A stretch of DNA of 64,000 bases. It comes from Myxococcota bacterium (GTDB lineage Bacteria; Myxococcota_A; UBA796; SXON01). This document shows positions 18,616 to 28,118 of this stretch, one piece after another (within the stretch, counting starts at the first letter, position 1; each line of letters opens with the position of its first letter). Position numbers and translations under genes: made by a program. The notes under the pieces are model-generated. The model did no database searches. It had not been told where the DNA came from and worked only from the letters and a program-made list of their open reading frames with translations. The stretch is taken from positions 96,001 to 160,000 of the forward strand of contig JAZKFH010000025.1 of NCBI GenBank assembly GCA_040386535.1, in the 5' to 3' direction.

Positions 18616-19911
18616 ATGGAAAAGCGGGCGATCCAACGGGCCCTCGTGGCGTGTCGGGGCGAGGCTGGGGCCTCCGTGGGGCGGCGGCTGGAGGCGGTCG
18701 ACGTCGAAGCGGTGGCGCTTTATGCCGACGCGGATGCCGAGGATGCCTGGCTCGACGAGGTCTCCTACGCGGCGCGCATCGCGACGGACGAGGGCGCGGA
18801 TCCCTACCAGGACGGCCTGCGAATCGTGAGCGCCGCGTTGGACGGCGGCTGCGACGCGGTACACCCCGGCTTCGGCCCCATGGCTCAGAACGCCGAGCTC
18901 GCGCACATGACGGCCAACGTGGGGCTGGCCTGGATCGGCTCCCCGCCGCCCGTGCTCGAGGCGTGCGCGGACCGGGTGGAGCTCCGCCGCCTTGCGCGGG
19001 AGGCCGGCTTCCCCACCGTGTCCTCCAGTCCCGCCCTCACCCACGCCGCGGATGCCGAGGTGTGGCTCGCGAAGCTTGGGGCGCCGCTCCGCATCGCGCC
19101 CGCGCAACGAGGCACCCGGGTTCCCGCGCGCCACCTGACCGACCTCTCCGCATTTTCGACCGTCGCTCCCCCGCTCCCCTTCGTGGTCGAGCGCGCCCTG
19201 CGCCCCGCGCGCCACGTGATCGTCGGGGTCCTCGGCGATGGCGCGGGCAACGCGATCCACATCGGGGACCACGAGCGCTCCCTCTCGCTCGGCGGCCGCG
19301 TGCGGGTCCGCGAGAGCCCGGCGCCGGGGCTCGACGAGGGCCTGCGCGAGCGCATCGGAGACGCGGCGGTGCGCCTCGCGCGCGGGTTCCGCCTCGTGGG
19401 GGTGGGCGCGGTGGAGTTCCTCGTCGGGAGCGACGGTCACTGGTGGTTCCACGACCTGACGCCCGCCCTGTTCGAGGGGTACGCGCTCCACGAAGAGGTG
19501 TACGGGCTGGACCTGGTGCACGCCCAGATCCGGCTCGCCTCGGGCGAGACGCTCGGCTGGGAGCAGGCCGAGATCTCGTCGGCGGGCTGCGGGATCGAGC
19601 TGCTGGTCTGCGCCACGGGGGCGGGCACGCTGGAGGAGCTGGTCTTCCCCGAAGGGGCGATTGTCTCGACCGCGACGGGGACCGGTGCGAACGTCGATCC
19701 CGCCCGCGACGCCGTGCTCGCGCGCCTCGTCGTGGGCGGGCCGCTGCGGCACGCCGTGCTCGTGCGCGCGCGCGCCGTGCTCGAGGGGGCCCACATCGTC
19801 GGCGTGCCCCACGACACGGGGACGTTGGTTGCGCTGCTCTCCGACACCCGCGCCTGGGCGGGAAACACGGACACCGAGCTGCTCGCGGAGGTGGCCGCCG
19901 CCCGGTCGTAG
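18616..19911 (+). CDS. Biotin carboxylase-like ATP-grasp protein with degenerate active site
   Basis: ACRGE, DAVHPGFG, GAVEFL, GLDLVHAQIRLASGE match the AccC fold; catalytic motifs altered. Confidence 0.8.
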   Translation: MEKRAIQRALVACRGEAGASVGRRLEAVDVEAVALYADADAEDAWLDEVSYAARIATDEGADPYQDGLRIVSAALDGGCDAVHPGFGPMAQNAELAHMTANVGLAWIGSPPPVLEACADRVELRRLAREAGFPTVSSSPALTHAADAEVWLAKLGAPLRIAPAQRGTRVPARHLTDLSAFSTVAPPLPFVVERALRPARHVIVGVLGDGAGNAIHIGDHERSLSLGGRVRVRESPAPGLDEGLRERIGDAAVRLARGFRLVGVGAVEFLVGSDGHWWFHDLTPALFEGYALHEEVYGLDLVHAQIRLASGETLGWEQAEISSAGCGIELLVCATGAGTLEELVFPEGAIVSTATGTGANVDPARDAVLARLVVGGPLRHAVLVRARAVLEGAHIVGVPHDTGTLVALLSDTRAWAGNTDTELLAEVAAARS

Positions 19912-19993
19912 CCTCCTCGTAGCCGGGGTCGCGGCGCTCCGCGGTCGGGCGCGGGGCGTCCGGAGCGCGCGAGGATGCTATGATGCGCCCGCC

Positions 19994-20920
19994 GTGAGCG
20001 AACGTCTGGAAGAGATCTGCTCCATCGAGCTCCCCACCGGGGAGGCGGTGGGAGTGCATCGTCGGCGGTTCACCGGCGGCGCCGGTCCGCACGTGGCCGT
20101 GGTCGCCGGCGTGCGCGGGGACACGCCGGAGGGCACCCGCGTCGCCCATGCGGTCGGGCGCCATCTCTCGACACACCACGAGCGGCTCTCGGGCACGGTC
20201 GACGTGTATCCGTGCGTCAATCCCCTGGCTGCGCACCACGGCGCGCGCCACTGGCCCGCGTTCGACGTCGATCTGAACCGCAGATTTCCAGGGCGCGCCG
20301 ACGGGCACGCTCCCGACCGCGTCGCCCGCGCCTTGACCGACGCGGTGCGCTCCGCCGATCAGGTCATCGAGCTCCGCGGAGCCCACCCGGCGTTCCGGGA
20401 AGAGACACAGGCCCACGTGCGGCACGATCAGCCCCTCGCCCTCGAGCGGGCGCTCCGCGCCAACGTCCGCGTCGTCTGGCGCCGCTCGGCGGATCTCGAA
20501 GGCACCGGCACGCTCGCGGGGGAGGTCCCCGGGCTCATCTGCCTCGAAGGCGGCGTGGGGAACCGGCTCACGGACGGCGTCGGGCTCGAGCTCTGCGACG
20601 GCGTGCTCAACCTGCTCGTCGTGCTCGGCGTGCTCCCGGAGGACGCCCTCCCGTTCCATTGGGCCGCGATCCAGCGCCCGCTCGTCGCCACGGATGACGA
20701 CGTGGTCCGCGTCCGCGCCACCCGCGGCGGCCTGTTCCTCCCGGCAGGCCGCATGTGGGCCGAGGTCGAGGTGGGCGCGCCGCTCGGGGAGGTCGTGGAT
20801 CCCATCGGCGGGGAGACGAGGGAGATCGTGACCGCGCCCATCGCCGGCCGCGTGCTCGCGCTCCGCGAACAGCCGGTGGTCTACCCCGGGAGCCTCGTCG
20901 CGCGGCTGGTGGCCTCATGA
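19994..20920 (+). CDS. M14 AstE/AspA-like protein lacking Zn ligands
   Basis: VAGVRGDTPEG, VYPCVNP, DLNRRFPG, CLEGG; C-terminal biotinyl-like domain. Confidence 0.8.
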   Translation: MSERLEEICSIELPTGEAVGVHRRRFTGGAGPHVAVVAGVRGDTPEGTRVAHAVGRHLSTHHERLSGTVDVYPCVNPLAAHHGARHWPAFDVDLNRRFPGRADGHAPDRVARALTDAVRSADQVIELRGAHPAFREETQAHVRHDQPLALERALRANVRVVWRRSADLEGTGTLAGEVPGLICLEGGVGNRLTDGVGLELCDGVLNLLVVLGVLPEDALPFHWAAIQRPLVATDDDVVRVRATRGGLFLPAGRMWAEVEVGAPLGEVVDPIGGETREIVTAPIAGRVLALREQPVVYPGSLVARLVAS

Positions 20921-21810
20921 GCGTGATCTTCCGCCTCGAAGCGCCCTACCGCGGCGAGTACAACCTGCACCGGCTCACGTTCGGCGGCAGCGGGCCCGCG
21001 GCGGTCGCGATGGTGGCCGGGCTCCACGGCAACGAGGTGAACGGCATCCAGGCCCTCAACCTCGTGGCGGGCATGCTCCGGGTGATGCGGCCCAAGCGGC
21101 CGGTCCACATCCTGCCTTGTGTCAATTCCATCGGCGCGGACGAGGCGCGGAAGCGCTGGCCCTTCGACGATCGCGACATCAACGCAGCGTTCCCCGGCGA
21201 TCCCGAGGGCGCCGCGGTGGAGCGCATCGCGGCAGCGGTGATGGAGGGAACGGATGCCGAGCTCTGCATCGACGTGCACTCCGGCGCGACGACGGTGCGC
21301 GAGCATCCCCACGTCCGCGTGCCGCTCTCCGGCCAGGAGCTCGAGCACGCGCGCGCGATGATGCTGCCCGTCGTGTGGCGGCGCCGCGGGGATCGCTACG
21401 AGGGCGGGCTCGTCGGGGCGTGGCGCGGCGCGGGCCGCGAGGCCATGCAGGTGCGCGGCGGGCGCGGGCTCACCCTCGACATGGACGACGCGACCACGCT
21501 CGCGCGCGGCCTCGTGCGGCTGCTCGCGCACCTCGGGCTCATCGGCCACCAGGACGCGGGGACCCCGTCCCACGACACCGACCACGTGCAGGACTATCGG
21601 TCGATGGCGGGGGGTTTCTTCGTACCAGAGGTCCAGACGGGTGAGCGCGTCGTACACGGCAAGCTGCTCGGCCTCGTGCGCAACCCGCTCGGCGGCGAGC
21701 CCATCGAAGAGATCCGCGCCCAGAAAGGCGGCCTCGTGCTGGCCGTGCGCGTCTACCCGATGGTGCACGCCCAGGAGCTGGTGGTGCGGATCGCGGAAGA
21801 CGCGACGTAA
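20917..21810 (+). CDS. M14 AstE/AspA-like protein with Zn ligands intact
   Basis: AGLHGNE, DINAAFPG, IDVHSG; ATGA overlap with the upstream gene. Confidence 0.85.
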   Translation: MSVIFRLEAPYRGEYNLHRLTFGGSGPAAVAMVAGLHGNEVNGIQALNLVAGMLRVMRPKRPVHILPCVNSIGADEARKRWPFDDRDINAAFPGDPEGAAVERIAAAVMEGTDAELCIDVHSGATTVREHPHVRVPLSGQELEHARAMMLPVVWRRRGDRYEGGLVGAWRGAGREAMQVRGGRGLTLDMDDATTLARGLVRLLAHLGLIGHQDAGTPSHDTDHVQDYRSMAGGFFVPEVQTGERVVHGKLLGLVRNPLGGEPIEEIRAQKGGLVLAVRVYPMVHAQELVVRIAEDAT

Positions 21811-21854
21811 CGACGGCTTCACGGTGACGCGCCGCTGTGGCGACGGAGGGGCGG

Positions 21855-23981
21855 ATGCTCGGATTGTGGCTGAAGCTCTTGATCGGGGCGGCATGGGCGA
21901 CTGGCGGGCTCGTGGAGACCGGCGAGATCGACCTGACGGGCACGGCGGACGAGGCGGTGGCCGGCGCACGCGCGGCGCTGGATGCCCGGCGCTTCGAGGA
22001 GGCGGCATCGGCCTACGGCGCCATCGCGGACGCCGGGGGCGGGGCGGCCGCGCGCGTCGCGCAGGCGGTGGCGCTCTACGAGAACGGAGAGCTGCGTGAG
22101 GCCCGCGCCTCCGCCGAGCAGGCCCTCGCCAAGGACGGCAAGAACGTGGCCGCCCTCAACGTGCTCGGGCTGGCCCTCGTCGACAGCGGCGCCGTCGAAG
22201 CGGGTATCGCGAAGCTCGAAGCCGCCAAGGCCCTCGCGTCGGGCCCGTGGAAGGCGCGCATCCTCGTGAACCTGGGGCTGGCCCTGCTCGACCGGGGCAC
22301 GGGAGAGGCGGCCCGGGCCGCGCTCGTCGAGGCCCAGGGGCTCACCGGCGGGGACGCCCGCCTGAACGGCGCCATCTCGGACGCGCTCGCCGCGGTGAAC
22401 GGCCTGACCGGCAAGGACAACGGCGTCGGGCCGATGCTCGGCCGGGGGGACGTGAAGGGCGCGCGTTCGCAGGCCGAGAAGGCGACCGGCGGCGCCACCA
22501 CCCGGCGGGATCGGGTGCTCGCCGGCATCCAGCTCGCGGCAGTGGAGCGCGCCGAGGGCAACCTCGACGCGTCGGCAAAGCGCCTGGAGGCGGTCATCCG
22601 CGAGGCGCGCGAGGCCGGCATGGTGCGCGAGGTGGCCGTCGCGATGGGCAACCTCGGGCTCGCCCAGACCCTCGCCGGGCGCCACCCGCTCGCGGCGGAC
22701 GCACTGCGGGCCGGCGCGGCGCAGGCGAAGGACGGCGGCTACCGCGTCGTAGAGGTCGATCTCCGCTGTGAGCTCGGCCTGGCGCTCGTCAACCAGGGCC
22801 TCGCGGACGCCGCGGAGGCCGAACAACGCGCCGCCGGCGCTCTCCTCGCCGGGATGGACTACCCGCAGGGCGTCGCGCGCCAGGCAGAGCTGGGCGGGCG
22901 TATCGCCTCGCTCCGGGGCGACACGGCCACCGCCACCAAGGCGCTCTCGCAGGCCGTGACCTGGCACGAGGGCCTCGGGCGCTGGATGGACGCGGCGCGC
23001 GTCGCCACGGCGCTCGCGGGGGCGCTGCAGCCCACCGACGCCACGCAGGCGCAGAAGTGGGGAACGCGCGCCGAGGGCTTGTTCGTGAAGGCGGGGGACG
23101 CGCTGGGGCCGGCCCACGTGGCGATGGCCCGTGCGCTCGCCGACGCCCGCGTGAAGCGCCTGGAGCCCGCGCTCGCCGGCTTCGCCCGCGCCGCCGAGGC
23201 CGCGGAGAAGGTCGGCGGCGGCCGCGGTAGCGCGGTGGCCCGGATTGCCCGCGAGAACGCCGCCCAGACGCTCGTGATGCTCGGCCAGTCCGAGGACGTG
23301 GCGCGGCTCGCGGCGCAGGCCGGGATCGCCGACATGATGCAGCGGCAGGTCGACCTGAAGGCCGCCTTCAGTGACTACGACGCCGGGCTCGCCTCCTACG
23401 ACAGCGGCAAGTGGGCGGACGCACGGACGCGGTTCCAGGCCGCCCGGCAGGCCTTCGACAAGCTGGGCGAGCCCGGGTACGCGATGCGCGCCCGGCGCGC
23501 CGCGGCGTGGAGCGTCTACAACGCGACGGTCGCGCTCCCCACCGCGAAGGCCTACCCGACCTGGACGCAGCTCGTCGAGGAGACCGCCAAGCTCGAGGAC
23601 CCCGAGCTGTTCGCGCGCACCTACGCCGCCTCGGCGCTCGGGGCCCACGCGCTCGCCCAGGGAGACCCGAAGGACCGCCTCGCCGAGTGCTCACGGCTCG
23701 CGGAGGCGGCGGGGCTGCGGGAGGTGAGCGCGCGCTGTCACGGTGCCCTCGCCGAGCGGGCGGGGGAGCTGGACGACCGCGCAAAGCACGCCCGCGCCGC
23801 CCATGCCCTGGCCGCCGCGGACACGGCGACCGTCTACGCGCTGTACGTGGTCGCGGTCGACGCGTACAACGCGGGTCGGAACGACCTCGCCTTGGAGCTC
23901 GGCGCCCTCGCCCGCCCCAACGCCGGCTCGCTCGCGGTCTCTCTCGACGAAGTGCTGACGGCGGCAAAGCAGGAGCGGTAA
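21855..23981 (+). CDS. Tetratricopeptide-repeat protein
   Basis: Repeated TPR helices (ALNVLGLAL, ILVNLGLAL, AMGNLGLAQ, LRCELGLAL); hydrophobic N-terminus. Confidence 0.75.
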   Translation: MLGLWLKLLIGAAWATGGLVETGEIDLTGTADEAVAGARAALDARRFEEAASAYGAIADAGGGAAARVAQAVALYENGELREARASAEQALAKDGKNVAALNVLGLALVDSGAVEAGIAKLEAAKALASGPWKARILVNLGLALLDRGTGEAARAALVEAQGLTGGDARLNGAISDALAAVNGLTGKDNGVGPMLGRGDVKGARSQAEKATGGATTRRDRVLAGIQLAAVERAEGNLDASAKRLEAVIREAREAGMVREVAVAMGNLGLAQTLAGRHPLAADALRAGAAQAKDGGYRVVEVDLRCELGLALVNQGLADAAEAEQRAAGALLAGMDYPQGVARQAELGGRIASLRGDTATATKALSQAVTWHEGLGRWMDAARVATALAGALQPTDATQAQKWGTRAEGLFVKAGDALGPAHVAMARALADARVKRLEPALAGFARAAEAAEKVGGGRGSAVARIARENAAQTLVMLGQSEDVARLAAQAGIADMMQRQVDLKAAFSDYDAGLASYDSGKWADARTRFQAARQAFDKLGEPGYAMRARRAAAWSVYNATVALPTAKAYPTWTQLVEETAKLEDPELFARTYAASALGAHALAQGDPKDRLAECSRLAEAAGLREVSARCHGALAERAGELDDRAKHARAAHALAAADTATVYALYVVAVDAYNAGRNDLALELGALARPNAGSLAVSLDEVLTAAKQER

Positions 23982-25297
23982 TGCGGATTCGAAAGCTGGC
24001 GAAGGATCTGGAGACGGACGAGACGGCACTCATGGAGATGCTCCGCGGGCTCGGCCACGTCCGCTACACCGATCCGGAGCAGCAGCTGCCTGGGGCCATC
24101 GAGGCCCAGCTGCGGCGCCACGCCCGCGACCTGCCGAAGACCCCCCCGCCGCAGCCGTTCCCGACCGCGCGCGCGCGCCCCCTGCCGGACGCCGAGCCAG
24201 ATCTCGCGCTGTTCGAACGCGCCATGGCGACCGTCCGCCCCATCGGGCCGCAGCCCAAGGCGCCCCCGCAGGCCGCGCGAGCCGTCCGTGCCGCGCCCGT
24301 GAGCCCCCCGCGCCCGCCGGCGGGCCCGCCCGTCGAGCCCCATCGGGGCAAGGTGCCGGAGATCGGCGCCCCGCGCCGCGTCGTGTCCACGATCCCGGCG
24401 GCCGCGCCGACCTCGGCCGCGCCGGTGTCCACTCCTCCGAAGGTGCTCACGACGAAGCCCGCCGCGACAGTCGGCTCCGTGCCGGCAGCCCGCGCGCCCG
24501 ATCCCGCCGAGCGCGCCGCCGTCGCCGAGGCACGCCTCGTCGACGAGCAGGCCCGCGTCAAGGCGCTCGAGGTCCGCCTCGCGGACGCCGAGGCGCGCAT
24601 CGAGGCCGCCCTGACGCGTGAAGCCGACCTGCTCGGCCGCGCGGAGACCCTCGCCAGCTCGCTCGAAGAGGTCGACAGCCACCGCCGTCAGCTCCAGCGC
24701 GACGCCGGCGCGGTCGTGGAGCCCCCCGAGACCGCCACGCTCGGCGCCTGCTTCGAGCGCCGCGGGCTGCTCGGCGAGGACGAGATCGCGTCGGCGTTGC
24801 GGGCCCTGCTCGACGGGCACCGCGCGGCGGAGCTGCTCCGCATCCGGGTAGCCGAGCCGGACCGCCTCGAGGAGCTGCTCTGGGAGCGGATCCTGCTGCT
24901 CGGGGAGGACGAGCCGCCTCCGCCCGGCGTGGTCGCCGTGCGCGTCCCGCCCGAGCGCAGCGAAGGGCGCCAGTCCTCCGCCAACCGCGCCGCGATGAGC
25001 CGCTTCTCGACCGCTTGCCTGGTGCACAACATCAAGTGCATCGTCATCGTCGGCGGCTCCCCCGCCTACCACCGCACCCTCCGCGACGGGCTCGATCCCC
25101 GCCTCGACGTGCGCCTGATCCCCGGCAATCGCCGCGGTCGGGTTCCCCCTGTGCCGACCGCCGACATCGTCATCCTCTGGGCGTCGACCATCCTCGATCA
25201 CAGCGTGTCCGCGCAGTTCCCGCAGGGGGTCGTCATCCCGCACCGCAGCGTCGCGCGGATGCTCGGCGCCGCCACGGAGTGGATCGAGCGGCGTTAG
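23981..25297 (+). CDS. Hypothetical protein: IF2-N-like N-terminus, Pro-rich linker, coiled coil, DUF2325-like C-terminus
   Basis: MRIRKLAKDL...LMEMLRGLG; C-terminal IVIVGG...ADIVILW...DH; TAATG overlap; AGGAG RBS. Confidence 0.65.
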   Translation: MRIRKLAKDLETDETALMEMLRGLGHVRYTDPEQQLPGAIEAQLRRHARDLPKTPPPQPFPTARARPLPDAEPDLALFERAMATVRPIGPQPKAPPQAARAVRAAPVSPPRPPAGPPVEPHRGKVPEIGAPRRVVSTIPAAAPTSAAPVSTPPKVLTTKPAATVGSVPAARAPDPAERAAVAEARLVDEQARVKALEVRLADAEARIEAALTREADLLGRAETLASSLEEVDSHRRQLQRDAGAVVEPPETATLGACFERRGLLGEDEIASALRALLDGHRAAELLRIRVAEPDRLEELLWERILLLGEDEPPPPGVVAVRVPPERSEGRQSSANRAAMSRFSTACLVHNIKCIVIVGGSPAYHRTLRDGLDPRLDVRLIPGNRRGRVPPVPTADIVILWASTILDHSVSAQFPQGVVIPHRSVARMLGAATEWIERR

Positions 25298-25371
25298 CCC
25301 GCGGGTTGACGGCGCACCTGCCAACCGGCACATTGCACGCCCCTGTTGCCCCCGCCCCGTGAGGTTCGTCG

Positions 25372-26004
25372 ATGGCCCTGTTTCCGGAAGGCCGCCGCTC
25401 GCTGACCGCGTACGCCTACAACATGGGCCCTGCGGTGATGTACCAGCCGGCGTACCGGTTCATCGCCGCCGACATCGGGCTCGAAGCCGGGGCCTGGCTC
25501 GACATCGGGTGCGGGCCGGGCTGGTTGTGCATCCGGGCGGCCGCGGGGCACCCCGAGCTCGACGTCGTGGGCATCGACACGTCGGAAACGATGCTCTCGC
25601 TCGCCGAGGCGAACAAGCGCGGGCGCCTGAACGTCACCCTCCGAAAGATGGACGGCGCGCAGATCATCTACCCGGCGGGCACGTTCGACGTCGTGACCGC
25701 CGTGCAGGCTGCGCACCACTGGGCCGACCCCGGCCCCATCCTCGCCGAGGCGTACCGGGTGCTCACGCCCGGCGGCCGGCTGTTCCTCTACGAGGCCGAT
25801 CCCGACGGGGAGATCCCGCCCGACTGGGTGCACCGCCGCGCCGGGTGGCCGCCCGACGCCGTGCTCCGCCGTCGGTGGCGCCGCTACGGGATGGACCAGG
25901 CCCGGTGGGACGCGCTCAAGGCGCACGTCGCGGCCTCGCCCTTCGAGGACAGCGTCGAGGACGAGCGGCACGGCTTCTACCGTCGGCTGGTGTGCACGCG
26001 CTAG
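25372..26004 (+). CDS. Class I SAM-dependent methyltransferase
   Basis: LDIGCGPG, GID.S..M, FDVV, YRVLTPGG. Confidence 0.9.
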   Translation: MALFPEGRRSLTAYAYNMGPAVMYQPAYRFIAADIGLEAGAWLDIGCGPGWLCIRAAAGHPELDVVGIDTSETMLSLAEANKRGRLNVTLRKMDGAQIIYPAGTFDVVTAVQAAHHWADPGPILAEAYRVLTPGGRLFLYEADPDGEIPPDWVHRRAGWPPDAVLRRRWRRYGMDQARWDALKAHVAASPFEDSVEDERHGFYRRLVCTR

Positions 26005-26876
26005 TCCTCGCGGTTGGCGTGCTGGGATGCGCCGCGCCGCTCGTGCCCGGGGAGCAGGTCCTGGGCGTCGAGAAGGTCGCCGCGTTCACGTTCGGCGAGC
26101 CCGGGGACCACCTGGGCGCGTCGGTCGCGGCCCGAGGAGCGGCGTGGTTGGCGTCGGCACCGGGATCCAACCGGACGTGGCGCGACGGGGTCGCGGGGGA
26201 TGCGCCCTCCGTGTGGGTGGGTTGGTGGGGAGAGAGCGAGGTCCTCGTGAATGGCGCGGGTCACGTGACGGTGGACGGCGAGCTGCGCTTCACCGTGCCG
26301 GGCGCCACCGGGTGGGCGGCGAGCGCGTCGGGGGTGGTGGCCGCCACGCCCGAAGGCCTGCACTTCGTCGACCGTGCGCGCGTGGTGCCGGTCGAGGGGC
26401 TCGAGGCCGTGGCGCTCGGGAACGAGCGCGTGCTGGGGCTGGTGTGCGGTCCCGCGGGGTGCGAGGGCCAGGCGTGGTCGCTGGAGGGGGTGTCGCTCGG
26501 GCCCTACGCCGAGGGGGGCGAGGGGGGCGCGGTGGGGGAGTGGGACGGGCGAGCGTGGGCGGGCGCGCCCGCGTGGGACGTGCCCGAGGGCCCCGGCGAG
26601 GTGTGCGCGGAGGACGGGACCTGCCGCGCCGGCCTTCCCGGCGATCACCTCGGCGCGGCGATCGGGGGCGGGTACACCGCGGGCACGTTCAACAAGTGGA
26701 CCGTGCCGCCGCGCGCGCGCTTCGTCCCGCTCGACGACGGCGAGGTCTACAGCCTGGAGAGCGGCGCCGAGTTGCAGCCGCTCGCGCTCGCGGGGGACGA
26801 CACGCTCGTCATCGGCGCGCCCTACATGCCGGCGCACGGCGAACCGTCGGGCGCGGTCGTGACGGTGCCACGGTGA
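25992..26876 (+). CDS. Lipoprotein with FG-GAP/integrin-alpha-like repeats
   Basis: VLGC lipobox; PGDHLGA occurs twice; LVIGAPY...GAV. Confidence 0.6.
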   Translation: MHALVLAVGVLGCAAPLVPGEQVLGVEKVAAFTFGEPGDHLGASVAARGAAWLASAPGSNRTWRDGVAGDAPSVWVGWWGESEVLVNGAGHVTVDGELRFTVPGATGWAASASGVVAATPEGLHFVDRARVVPVEGLEAVALGNERVLGLVCGPAGCEGQAWSLEGVSLGPYAEGGEGGAVGEWDGRAWAGAPAWDVPEGPGEVCAEDGTCRAGLPGDHLGAAIGGGYTAGTFNKWTVPPRARFVPLDDGEVYSLESGAELQPLALAGDDTLVIGAPYMPAHGEPSGAVVTVPR

Positions 26877-27655
26877 GCGTGCTCGATCCGCTCCTCGTGT
26901 GCGCGGGGGTGGCGGCGTGTGTGGTGATCGCGGTGGGAGCGGCGTCCGCCGCGGGGGCGGCGTGGCGCGTCGTGCGGCGGCCGCCGGGCGGGCTGCTCGA
27001 GCCGCTGCTCGCCCTGGTCGGGCTCGTCGGGACCGCCTCCGTGTTGACGTTGGGCCTGCTCCTGTTGTGGCGCGTGCCGTGGGGCGGCCCCGACCATCCA
27101 CCGGCGATCGGCGATCCGCTGTTCGCCGCGTCGCTCATCGGGACCGTCGGCGGGCACCTCGCGGTGTTGGCGTGGGCGCGCGCCCTCGGGGCGCCCGTGG
27201 CCGCGGTCCGCACCACCCCGCGCTGGATGCTCGTGGGCGTCGCGGCGGGCTTCGCGGGGTTGTGCTGCTCCGCCATCTGGTCCGAGGCGGCAAGCACATT
27301 CGGCTTTCCGATGGCGGACCAGGAGCTCGTTGCGACGGTGCTCGGCGCCGGGCCGAGCGCTGGACGTATCGCGACGGTGTTCTTCGTGGTCGCCATCGCG
27401 CCGGTGCTCGAAGAGCTCGTGTTCCGCGGCTACCTGCAGACCGCGATCGGCGCGAAGGTCGGCGCGGGGATCGGCGTCGTGACCACCGCCCTGCTCTTCG
27501 GGCTCTTCCACCTCGCGGACCCGGCTGTCGTGCCCGTCCTCACGGGCATCGGGCTCCTGCTCGGCTGGGTGCGCCACAAGAGCGGCTCGGTGTATCCGGC
27601 GATGGCCGGACACCTCGTCAACAACCTCGCGGCGATGGCGCTCGCGATGGCGTGA
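26873..27655 (+). CDS. CPBP (CAAX/Abi) intramembrane glutamic endopeptidase
   Basis: APVLEELVFRG, FGLFH, H..NN motifs; multiple TM helices. Confidence 0.9.
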   Translation: MSVLDPLLVCAGVAACVVIAVGAASAAGAAWRVVRRPPGGLLEPLLALVGLVGTASVLTLGLLLLWRVPWGGPDHPPAIGDPLFAASLIGTVGGHLAVLAWARALGAPVAAVRTTPRWMLVGVAAGFAGLCCSAIWSEAASTFGFPMADQELVATVLGAGPSAGRIATVFFVVAIAPVLEELVFRGYLQTAIGAKVGAGIGVVTTALLFGLFHLADPAVVPVLTGIGLLLGWVRHKSGSVYPAMAGHLVNNLAAMALAMA

Positions 27656-27677
27656 TCGGGACCGTGGCTCGAGATCC

Positions 27678-28118
27678 TCAGACCGCCGCGAGCACTTCCT
27701 GCGCGTGACCGGCGACCTTCACCGGATCCCACACGCGCTCCACGACGCCGTTCTCGTCGATGAGAAACGTGACGCGGGCGATGCCCATGTATTTTCGGCC
27801 GTACAACGTCTTCTCGCGCCACACGCCGTAGGCCTCGCACAACCCGCCCTCGTCCGTCACGAGGGTGAAGGGGAGGCACTGCTTGGCCTTGAACGACGCG
27901 TGCTTCTTGGCCGTGTCCTTGCTCACGCCGAGGATGGTCACGCCCTTCGCGGCGAAGGCGCCGTGCAGATCGCGGAAGCCCTGGGCCTCGATCGTGCATC
28001 CCGGCGTCGCGTCCTTCGGGTAGAAGTAGAGGACCACCTTCTGGCCGCGGAGCGACGCAAGGGAGAGGGTGCCGGCGTCGGTCGGGGCGGTGAACAGCGG
28101 GGCGGGCTGGCCGATCAT
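27678..28118 (-). CDS. bcp: Peroxiredoxin Bcp/PrxQ
   Basis: YFYPKDATPGCTIEA, R.TFLID motifs. Confidence 0.93.
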   Translation of the reverse strand: MIGQPAPLFTAPTDAGTLSLASLRGQKVVLYFYPKDATPGCTIEAQGFRDLHGAFAAKGVTILGVSKDTAKKHASFKAKQCLPFTLVTDEGGLCEAYGVWREKTLYGRKYMGIARVTFLIDENGVVERVWDPVKVAGHAQEVLAAV

